Notes under the pieces: model-generated
Seen by the model: only the letters and a program-made list of their open reading frames with translations
What the model was told of the DNA's origin: nothing
The model's database searches: none
From: Antedon mediterranea
Lineage: Eukaryota; Animalia; Echinodermata
NCBI RefSeq assembly: GCF_964355755.1
Contig: NC_092672.1
Coordinates: 38,508,437-38,572,436 of the forward strand
Reading direction: 5' to 3'
Length of the DNA: 64,000 nt
Part shown: positions 14,450-26,100 of the stretch, in pieces
Layout of the letters: each line of letters opens with the position of its first letter
Position numbering within the stretch: the first letter of the stretch is position 1
Made by a program: the position numbers and the translations under genes

Positions 14450-14969
14450 AGGCTGGCAGACTAGAGTTAGGCTGGCACAGACTAGAGTTAGGCTGGCACA
14501 GACTAGAGTTAGGCTGGCACAGACTAGAGTTAGGCTGGCACAGACTAGAGTTAGGCTGGCACAGACTAGAGTTAGGCTGGCACAGACTAGAGTTAGGCTG
14601 GCACAGACTAGAGTTAGGCTGGCACAGACTAGAGTTAGGCTGGCACAGACTAGAGTTAGGCTGGCACAGACTAGAGTTAGGCTGGCACAGACTAGTGTTA
14701 GGCTGGCACAGACTAGAGTTAGGCTGGCACAGACTAGAGTTAGGCTGGCACAGACTAGAGTTAGGCTGGCACAGACTAGAGTTAGGCTGGCACAGACTAG
14801 AGTTAGGCTGGCACAGACTAGAGTTAGGCTGGCACAGACTAGTTAGGCTGGCACAGACTAGAGTTAGGCTGGCACAGACTAGAGGTAGGCTGGCACAGAC
14901 TAGAGGTAGGCTGGCAGACTAGAGGTAGGCTGGCAGACTAGAGGTAGGCTGGCAGACTAGAGGTAGGCT
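14450..14969. repeat. 21-bp minisatellite AGGCTGGCACAGACTAGAGTT, about 25 copies
   Basis: Direct tandem array. It explains the spurious LELGWHR ORF. Confidence 0.97.
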
Positions 14970-17900
14970 CACTTATTTGTAATACAGTACTGTCTACCTA
15001 TTGATACTCTTAAAACGAAGGTTATACAACTGCAATAGGAAAGCAAACAATGTGAAGTTGTCAAATATTAACAACAAACCATGGAATGTAAATCTAACCT
15101 CAGGAATTTTATTCAATAACTTTTTAGAAAATGTATTAGCACTGTATTGTGCTAATAAAATGATTTTCTCTGTTATATTATTATTCTCTAATATATTATA
15201 TATTTTGGAAGAAAAGGAACGCCTAAAGGGGATTCTATAAACTTGACCGAAGCTTGAGTGCCAGCATAATCCCTTTAAAAACCTCTTACGGTCCTTGAAA
15301 TTTGGGTGCAACACGCTTTGCGATCATTGCTGAATTATTCAAACAAATTGACGGGCACAGAGCAATTTCGTATCGTTAATCCATATTCCCTGAATCCCTT
15401 TACAAGACTGGTCACTGCTCCATGCAACGTTAGATTCACAAGCTTTTGTCCTCTGTTTGATGGAAGATAAATACTTACCTCTTTTGGGAATTCTGCTTAT
15501 ATTTGTGTTGAAGCAGACTTAAATTGAGAATTTAATGATATTCTATTCTCTATGGAACAAACACTGATATCCAAGATGCTACAAAATATACACACTTTGG
15601 AATTTGCCAGTTGAAACATGTTGGCGAAATTGTTGTAATGATGATTTATAGGATGAGACAAATTTGTATTGTACATACAAATTATTCTGAATATTACAGA
15701 GTGTCTTATTTCTAACAAGACTTGATTTAATCTTGTTAGTAAAATGATTAATAGTTACAATATTGATTGTACTAAAGGGAAATCAAGACAGATTTCATTG
15801 TATTTAATTTCAAATTTAACCAAATATTAGTGTTAATAATAAATTATCAGCTAACAACAATAGGATTTATCAATCAATTTAAATGTTTTTTTATAAAATT
15901 GTTGTATTGGTTAAACATTTAAAAATAAAAAGAAATACATAACAATGATTTTAACTACAGCCAAATCAAATTCAGGGGAAACCCGTATTAAAGGGGCATT
16001 GAAGGTCTCATTATTATGGGTTTTACTGTAGTGTATTTGGAGTTTAGACATTTTGATATACTTTTGTCATATAGTTGTATTCAAACTTTGTTCAAATGTT
16101 TTACCTTTTAAAATAGTTTACTCCAATTGAATTAAAATTATTGTGAATGATGGTGGGGTCATCTTATACAGTAATAATACAATATGCATAATATCCTAAA
16201 ATAAGAAACATATTACATACCCTGTGTTTACACACTCAACTTATATTATACCCAATAATAATATACATATTATTTTGTACTCTACTGTACAGAAGTAAAC
16301 ATATCATTCTATTAAAAATAATTTTGTACGAAAAAACAAAATAGTGTCTAAGTGACAGTCTTCAGGAGGCTTGTTGACAAACAAAAGACAAACTATCTAT
16401 TCAATTAACAATACAAACACTAACACAAAGAAACATTCATAATAATGTGTTAACAATAGATAATATTGGGCCTCTTAATTAACAGGTTAAAATTCTCTAA
16501 AACAAGCTCTTCAAAAAATCTTCAATGTTCAACTACTACATTAGATTATGGAGCTCTACAACATTGGCCACACTCTGCTCGATAAAGCCAAGCTGTCCAA
16601 GAAATATTCTACAAAATCTAACCAATCAGAAAGAACTATTGAGAGTGTGACAAGAGGACTTAGCTTCTTTGTGTATAAAGATTACACAATACAGATGCTA
16701 CTACTGCTATTATGTAGATACTAAGATCAAAAACACCTGATCACCTATTATGTAACAATAACAACAGTAAGTGACTTAAGTAAAAACAATCTCAACAACA
16801 TTAATTGCATCAGAAATTTAATAAATTATGGATCGTTTAAGATCAACTAGGTAATTGTTCAATTGCCAGAGGCTTTTTAAATAAAAAAGAAGTTCAAGAT
16901 TAATTCTATGTTTTCAAGTTGAACCATGGAGTAATTGAGCTAATTCCCCCGTGGTTGAAAAATGGTATCCTTTTTATTTATTTTTTTTTTAACTTTGCAA
17001 TAAATACAATTTTTTTTTTCTTAGATCAAATAATGTAATTTTGCCATTATTTTTCTATTTTATTGCTAATTTACTTATATTCGATACTCATGCAATTCAG
17101 AGAAAATTGGTAAACTAAATGATTCTCAATTTGATTTTTTTTAAAGACAGTGAATAACATTAATAACAAAATTTAACATAATCTTTTGAATCAGCAACCA
17201 ACATTTTCAAAAAAATATATAAAAATATGTTAGTTTTTAGAATAAGATTCCTAGTAGTGCATTTTTGTTTATTTCAACCAACATTTCATTCCCGTTTATG
17301 AATTTATTTCACTAACAATATTTTTCCGATAATCAGCTAAATTTACAAATATTGTGTTTTTCAAACACCCTAAAATTTTGCAATTTTGAACTAAATTAGA
17401 AAAGTAGGGCGCCCTCTCCGAGTCGAAATTTTACACGATTTGTCGACTGGCTTTCCCACTGTTAAGGGCAATTATTATCCTAATAAACAAAAAATAAGGT
17501 GAAAATCACAATATTCAAATATTCCTGAGAACAGAAAAGCAGACAGGAACCCTGTTTACTGGTTATAATAATTATATAATTTGTATCAATTTTAATTCAT
17601 CAATTCCAATGTAAAGTAATATAATTTTCATCTTGACAATTAATCACCTTTAACCACAATTTTATATTGTATTATATTCATTAATGTCAGCCTGTTAGTG
17701 TTAGTGGCTTTTGATTTGGTGGTGAATTTAAATACTAAATGAAATTATACAATGTTATCAATAATATTATAGTGTACTGTGGGAAAAAGTTCTTAGCAAA
17801 GTGAACAATAGAGGGCTCACTTCCATCTACTTACTTTCTTAACAACAAAGTTCAAGGAAAGCATTTAATACATTTTCAATTGTTGTATCATTATTCTTGT

Positions 17901-18371
17901 GATTCAATACATTGGGGAGTGAAGCTAATTAAGAAAATGGTTATCAAATGTAGGGGAAAGGCAAAGTTGATACACTATAGACATACATTCTGAAATATGA
18001 ACCCAACTGCCTGGCCATAAAAATTAATATATAATAAAAAAGTACTATCATTTAGTGTAAAAAAAATTGTTAAAAGTTAACAGTTATAAAAAAAAACACT
18101 ATACACTTTTGTAAAAATAATAATAATAGAAGATTCATTCCAACTATAGTAATAATAATAACAGTGAAATAAGAATTTCATCAAAAACTTAATTTTGAGA
18201 AAAAACTAAGTCATAGTTCTACTAGCACAAAATAATAATAATACGACCAAAAATAGCTTTTTTTTTGCTACCCCCTAACTAAATGTCAAGTCAAGTAAAT
18301 TTATTGTCATTTGTAAACATATAAAACATTTACATTGAAATGAATTTGAACGGTTTTGAAAATACTTCAAC

Positions 18372-18538
18372 GTCAAACTTTAACCCCCTAACTAAATAGA
18401 GCATGCTGCAACCTCAAACTTTACCCCCTAACTAAATGAAACATGCTGCAACCTCAAACTTTACCCCCTTAAATAAATGGAACATTCTGCACCCTCAGAA
18501 TTTACCCCCCTAACTAAATGGAACATGCTGCAACCTCA
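18372..18538. repeat. About 53-bp tandem repeat, 3 copies
   Basis: CTCAAACTTTACCCCCTAACTAAATGGAACATGCTGCAAC-like unit repeated. Confidence 0.75.
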
Positions 18539-20668
18539 TTCATTAATGTGTAGCAAACCAAGCACTATCATCTTTCCTTTTTTTGGTACACACGTAATAT
18601 TTGTAATTTGTTTGCCCAGGTTTTTTTTATAAAGAACATAAGCCAAATGATACTTTGATTAAATACATCATTTCGAAAAATTAATCAAACAATAAAATAC
18701 AAATTTCTGAATCAAAGTGACTTAAACTACATTTTGAAATTAAACAAAATATCAGAATCATGTCAAATACAGAGAAAGTGTTCGACATAACTTTGATTAA
18801 ATATCGTAGCAGTAACTAATCAAAAATAAAATTATTCTTGAAAGTAATTCGTTCATTTTTTTGAGTTGTCAAAGTAAAGGCTAATTCTCAACAAATGACT
18901 TCTCATTTTAAAGTGTGTCGCATGCTTGTTGTGCAACACATTATATTTTTTCTACCAATCTCTTTCGATCAGATAAAAATCTATAAATCAAATTTTTCAT
19001 AAGTAGTATCAAAATATTTTTCTAGATTCTTCTTTTGGTGAACACAGAACAAATATCTGACAAATTAGACTACTAACTTGAATATACAGAGAAATACATT
19101 TAGTCAGTTTTTATTCAATATTGTTATAAGTTATAAGAATATTGAATAAAAACTTTAAAAAAGCTTCAATACAAAAAATGTTTGTAACACACCATTGAGA
19201 TATTATAGTGAAGGCCATACACACCATTGAGATATTATAGTGAAGGCCATACACACCTTACACTTCACATTTTCATTTTTAAACTGCTGAGCAAACTGAA
19301 TTTTGAGTAGGAACCTTTGTGCTGCATTTTTCTAAGAATTCTATAAATATGTAATTAGGCTAATGGGTAATAAGGTATAGTATTGTGAAGTATTTTGTAA
19401 TGTTATTTCTACAATGGCTTCAATGTTACCTGCCTCATAAAAAACATTTATAAATGAAACAAAAGTGTATAGTTAAAGTAATTCATTTATAATTAAAACT
19501 AATAATAAATATCTACAAAAGTTAAAGATGTATTGTCTCCCAAAAACATGAAAAATTAAGATTAATAAAATCAGACTTTATTAATAGGCCAATTTTTAGT
19601 TTTTTAATAATTATTTCACTTATAAAAAGACAAAATAAAAGGTTAATTTTGCTTTAAATTACATTTTTTCAGGTAAATATTTTGTTGTTGTTGAATAACT
19701 ATTATGTAACATTAAAATGGCCTATTCAACAAACAATTAAAAAGAATATATTTGAGAGAACAATATATCTTTAAATATATAATTGTAATACTGACAGGAA
19801 AATACTACTCAAAATAGGCTCTGTGAGCACAGTTAAGATATCCAGCAAACATGACATACAGTAGAGTCATTGACCAGAGAGCATATAACCAGGGCATAAC
19901 TTCATGCCTTCACTATTTCCAAGTTCATAAATTTTATGTTGCTTCGAAATTAAATCATAAGAAGTTTCAAATCTAATTACAGTATTTTGCCATTTGTAGT
20001 GCAAAGTGTAAACCTTTGTACAAAACTTTTTTTTAAATTAATGTTTTTTAGCAAACATTATTTAAATAAAATATAAATGTATTTTAGTTTGTTAAAATAT
20101 AGATTAAATATAATTTTCCACCAACAAAAGACTGAACTTTTTATAGTCTGTGTATACTGCTTTTGTTTTAAAATAATATATTATTGTGTAAGAAATTAAC
20201 TCTAGGTTAGCCTGGTCTTGTACAATAACCAGAACTTAATTTTAAAGCCCTGTTTGGGTATTCAGAGGACAGTCAACTTAAAGTTATTATATTAATGTGT
20301 TCAAATGGTTGATGGAATCAAATATGACATTTACGTCACATTTATATCAAATGTTCATCTTATGTGTAACTTTCATGACAAACGTACTGTCGGTAGCACG
20401 ACAGACCCCAAAGCGCTGAAAAACAATGCCGTTTACAGGATAACAATCTAAAAACAATCGGGCGGTATTTACTAAGAAAATAAAAGATTATTTTTTACTT
20501 TTTAATAAGGACCGAATGGATGGTTAAGATTTGGCTTTATTTGGCAATGAAATGTTTCTTATCTGATACAAAAGTGTTAATAAAAGCCTAAACAAATTAC
20601 ATACAAATTGGTTTGATTTAATTTAGTGGAGGTATTAATTCAAGGTTCTCAACTTGTCAGTCACTAGA

Positions 20669-20955
20669 GACTAACCAATCATGGACCTCCTTACATGGAC
20701 CACACTTTGGCCGACACTAACCAACCATAAACCTCCTTACATGGACCACATTTTGTCAGACACTACCTCTAACCAATCATGGACCTCCTTACATGGACCA
20801 CAGTTTGTCAGACACTAATCAATCATGGACCTCCTTAAATGGACCACAGGTTGTTAGATGCACTAACCAATCATGGACCTCCTTACATGGACCACACGTT
20901 GTTAGATGCACTAACCAATCATCGACCTCCTTACATGGACCACATTTTGTCAGAC
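20669..20955. repeat. About 50-bp minisatellite, about 6 copies
   Basis: CACTAACCAATCATGGACCTCCTTACATGGACCACA...AGA repeated. Confidence 0.85.
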
Positions 20956-23198
20956 AACAGATTTCAATTCAATTTTACTTTGTTTAGGGAATTTCAGTTT
21001 AAATTCTCTAAATTCTGTAATGCTCAGTCCAAGTTTATCATATTTAGGAATACAAAAAAACAAGACACTGATTCACAACGAACAAACTAGCACCAAGGAC
21101 GGAACAAACTCAGAAATTGTCTTGTTTAATATGTTATTAAAGTTGTAATTACTAGAGTAAGAAATACATATTTTTTGAAACATGAATAGCATCAATTTTA
21201 CAAGTACTGAATGCAAACTTAATTAAGTATAGTCACATGACTAACAATGATATTGGAAGGTTAATTGAGATGCAGATTTTGTTCTGTTCTGTCCTAGTTA
21301 AAGTTCGAACTTAGAGACAAAGTTTTGTTAATTCAACAATCTGGTGGAAAGATGTTTTTTTTTTTTTTTTCATTTAAAAGGAAAAAAGCATAATTATATT
21401 AAATATTATTGAATAATTAGATAAATAGTTTAAATAAAAATGGTTAAATTGTTAACTGTTATTTTGTAGTTTTAATAGTACTTTTTTATTGGGTAAATAT
21501 TTTTTTTTTCAGTTCCTTTGTGTTTCCTGCCAACTTACTTGGCGGTCATCTCTGTTGTTTTGATATGTTGATCTTGCAATAAAGAATTTTTCGTCCAAAA
21601 AATAAAAATTATTTTTCTACATTAAAATTGTTAAAATTATTTTTCAAGAAGACAATATTATTTTAAAGCTATATATGATAAATTAATATAGACAATATTA
21701 TTTTAAAGCTATATATGATAAATTATTATTTTGAACAAACTTTGAAAATGGAGAAATATCTCTCAAGAGAATGCTAATACAAGTTTGAATTGAATTTCTT
21801 GTAAACTCCTCCAACATCTTATATGGCAATTAGAAAAGACAAAGATATGTATTTTCCACGTGGCTGCCCCTATTAGATGCTATAATTGCTTTCCATTAAG
21901 ATTTAAATGTGATTTTCTATTTATCTGATGTCATTGAATCATGTTTTCTATCAGGGATTGGTGGCCCAAGGGTATTGTGGCTAAACGGAATTAATCAAAC
22001 CAAGTTGAATTTGAATTATAAAAACAACTTATTCACCAAATCTTATTTTGCTCAACAAGTTTAACTGATAAATTGAAAAAAAAAACTATTTTAATTTTTA
22101 GATTCAATTTATCTAGCTAGAACTTAGAAGCAGCCAGTTATATAGCTACCTGCCTGGCCTAGTAGTATGTAGTAGTATAGGCTAGTATTTATATTAGTAT
22201 AGTATAGGCTAGTAGTATTATTAGTAGTCTAGTAGAACTCAATAGGTTACAGATATAACTAGAATGATATAAATAGGCCTAGCTAAGCCTAGGCCTAGTA
22301 GAAAATAAATTTGTTAGAGACAAGCTGACTTTACGCACACACCCACACCCACACACTCTATGCTAGGCCTAGGCCCATATAACTTCTGGCCAGGCTACCC
22401 TGATCCTGTGCAAGCTTATCACATGTCCGTCAAAACGACCCAAAATACATTCCACCCCAATAATCATTGATAATGAGAGGGTAGCCTGGAGTTTACTTTA
22501 TATTACAACTAGCCTAGTATGTACAGCTTATCTTTTTTAACTAGAGGCCTAGTACAGTTGTTATGGAAATTTATTACCTGATAGTTGTTAATAGCTTTTG
22601 AATAATAAATACGGGTTTTTTTTAGGTAGACTTTAGTGGACTTTTTAGCCTGCATCTACACGTCACCACCTGCGCCAACCTTAAAAACTTTTTGTGATTG
22701 GCTTATTATAGAGGGCGCTATGTAGGTTTATTTCGATTTTTTTTGCAGTTTGTCGTGTAACACTCGTTTCATCATTTAAATGTTTTGATGTTTATTAATA
22801 CATTATTCTCCCACTGTTTGTGTTTGTTATTGTTTTCAAAATGTTGAAGAATTCGACGTGTTACCAATTGTTTCAAATAATAAATAAAATAATAATTATT
22901 CTTTAAATAAAAGTAGTCATATTTAGTATTATGGTCAAACACAGTAAAATAGTACATGGTTTGAAATTAATTTCGTTTGTTTAAAGTTAAAAATTCACAT
23001 AAAAATATAAAAATGAGTTAAAAAGGTTAACATTTGTAAAATACAGATAACATACATCATTTAAAACACAAGCAAGGTTGGTGTGTGAATGGCAACACAA
23101 TTTTATCCATCAGTTTTATTATTAGATACGTACATAAATATAAATATAATGAATGTACAATGAACCATCTCTTTTTTTAAAGTTATTTGTGTTTCCTT

Positions 23199-26100
23199 CT
23201 AATGTAGATCAATTTGGTTAATAATAACTTCGTAACTATCTTCGCTGACATTGTCGTGTTCGCTGTGTTCATCATATCGATACATGCTGATTCCTAGTTT
23301 GTTGAAAGTAAACATTCGTTCCACCTTATCGATCACGCCGTACAATGCGTCCAATCTCACCTTCAACAAAAAAAAAACACACACAATGTCAACTTTAGGC
23401 CTATACACTGGGATAGGCTTTCACCAATCTTCTTAACATTAATCAAACGAACATACGACTCGCACATAAAAAATATGGGAGGAGGCTGCAGCCTATACAG
23501 TAATTAGACTGTATAAGCTTACCGTACGTTTTGCCTTATTATTTCAGAGGTAAGCATCTATGATATGTCAGCGGTTATGGAAAAATAAATACTTTTGCAG
23601 TTTATCATGATTGTCAATTCAAGATTCGTATTGAGGTTAATATTTACCGTGAAAAATCCGTTGAAAGCGGAGTCCAAGTCAGAAACAACAAAACAGAGAA
23701 TTGAGATGGAGAAGACTGTCATAATACACATAGCTAACTCCATTCGATATGACTGGGCCTAATAGAAATCAACAAAAATATACTAAGGCATTGTCTATAC
23801 TATCAAACTATTTTGACAAAAAAAGTTTGATGTGCCCAAATATGGTAGTGATATCCCCAAATATGGTAGTGATATCCCCAAATATGGTAGCGATTTGACA
23901 TCATTGTGTCCACATCACATTTGTTGTTGTCACATAAAGTTTGATAATAATTATAACAATGCATATCAAGCGAACGTTTCAAGTTCGAATTTTGGTTGGT
24001 TGGTGGTGGGTTGGTGGTGGGTTGGTGGTTGGTTGGTGGTGGGTTGGTGGTGGGTTGGTGGTGGTGGGTTGGTGGTGGGTTGGTGGTGGGTTGGTGGTGG
24101 GTTGGTGGTGGGTTGGTTGTTGGCATGGTGGTTGGTTGGTGGTGGGTTGGCTTTTTCTCATTTTCACAGATTTCTTTATACTTGGCGTTTTAGAATTTAT
24201 TCATTTTCAGTACATCGCCGGCGGACGGTGTAGAATATTTCTTTCTAAATTTGTATTAATAACATTAAGCCAATTAAACTAATAATGTATAATTAAAGAA
24301 TGCGTGTGCTTTATAGATAAAAATGTTAAGTCGTTGACATACAGCATCATAATCATAGACACACCGTTTCCTATAATAATCTTAAGTATGTCCTGTTGTT
24401 GGCTTTCAACAAGCGTTCCGGGAAAGCCCCTACTGTTAAAACTATTTGTTCGTTACTTTGGATATCTATACAATGTCCATCTTACAATCAGCTAATGCTC
24501 TAGTTTAACGCATTGCCGCCGCAGATTAAACCTGATGGTCGTAATGAACACAATTCTGAACCATCGGGAATCGAACTCGGGGCTTTCTTTTAAATTTTAA
24601 CTTTTTTTAAATGCACAGACATCCTTTATTATTTTAATCATTACACCGACTATTGCTAACGTGTGAAAAATATGATGTATTCGATGAAAAAATATCATAT
24701 CATAAAAGGTTTCAAATAATTAACTTTGACATCACTTGAACTTGTTCATAAATTATCATAACATAAACTTTCACTTCCACAAAAAACTTCCCTGGTAATT
24801 TCCAAAAATGTTGTTCCGGTAAAACGGTAAAAACAAAAAATACATAATGTTGCGCAAGTATATTTTTCACTATGAGTGCAGTCGCAAATACTCTTGTGTG
24901 TGGACATACACTTGCTATTGCGCAATATTGTTCAACCTCCAGTCGTACCTTGTGTGTGGACACACACTTGCGATTGCTATTGCGCAATATTGGTCAACCT
25001 CCAGTCGTATTCTTGTGTGTGGACACTTGGGTATTATGTGACTATACCTGTAAAAGCATTACACCAAAGAATGTACAGAATCCTAATGCTTCAAGAAAAA
25101 CCCACTGGAACGGCTGTATGTGAGAGTTCATCACTTCATAACGTTCTGAACTAGCTGAGCTTAAATTCAGAATGTGGTCTAGAATTTCCTCCTGTATAAA
25201 AAAAAAAGCAAAAAGTAAAAATATAATAGATGAAAACCAGCCTTCAGTATCGTGTCTGTCGACGGCAACCATGACATAATTATTAACAGATTTTCATAGC
25301 ACCTGCCTCTAGCACAAAATTTTAAATATCATAATACACTAAACTAGGTCCGTAATTCATTTCAATTCAATCTTTTATTTCGGAATTCCTGGTCTATAGA
25401 AAATAGCATAATTACTTAGATATTAACAAATAAACTATACTGACTAATTACAATAAGACACAAACAAATAAACTATACTGACTAATTACAATAAGACACA
25501 AACAAATAAACTATACTGACTAATTACAATAAGACACAAACAAATAAACTATACTGACTAATTACAATAAGACACAAACAAATAAACTATACTGACTAAT
25601 TACAATAAGACACAAACAAATAAACTAAACAAATTAGTTGAAACTATAGAGATGAATAATTGCGTGATGTGGATAAGTTACTATACTTATGAAAGCTCGA
25701 TTAGAAATAGCGTTTTATTACTCTTTCGCAGCAGAATTCAGATTCAAAAGTCCTTAAATACTCGAAAATAGGTAACCAAAGATCCTAACATCTATCTTGG
25801 TTTTGAATTGTATCAACTTATTTTTGGAAAAAAAAAGAAGTCTTTTCTACAAACAATTATTAATCAGGCGTGGGGTAGCGCGAGCAGGATAAGCAATAAC
25901 CTTAACTCTTACCAATACAAGTCGATCGACGCTCCATGTGTTATCTTGTTCAAAACTTTCTTTCACCAAATCAATTATCTGGAATTAAAATCAATTTAAT
26001 AAAAATTACTTAATAATTTTACAATATCAAAATATTTGTGATAATTTTGTAATGAAAATAATTGAAGCGTTCTCACTTTCCAAACTTGTCCAGGGGAGCG

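Larger units (their letters stand above)
14261..22680 (-). ncRNA. Putative spliced non-coding transcript (or long 5'UTR): exons about 22680-22578, 15578-15479, 15029-14973, 14384-14261
   Basis: Minus-strand splice sites: CAG|GTAATA at 22578; TTTTGTAG..GAG|GTAAGT; TTTCCTATTGCAG..|GTGAGC; TTCCAG..CAG|GCAAGA. The 100-nt exon has stops in all three frames. CCAAT, GAGGGCGCTA and a CTAG-rich first intron resemble the promoter at 52.9 kb. Confidence 0.35.

Noticed and set aside
14695-14922. LELGWHR repeat ORF
   Set aside because: Translation of the 21-bp minisatellite.
15471-15480. ATACTTACCT matching the U1 snRNA 5' end
   Set aside because: The downstream sequence is not U1; it is the complement of a consensus splice donor.
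19109-19154. AT-rich palindromic hairpin as a miRNA precursor (also 41876-41912)
   Set aside because: Too short and AT-rich, with no known mature sequence; more likely MITE remnants.
23803-24282. PTTNPP and VVGWW repeat ORFs; telomere-like look
   Set aside because: Intronic (GGTTGGTGGTG)n repeat plus a MITE; not TTAGGG.
25195-25300. Extra exon or N-terminal extension MVAVDRHDTEG.. of the 25042-25272 ORF
   Set aside because: The flanking exons already join in phase 0 at a strong acceptor (25191); the extension is intron read-through.
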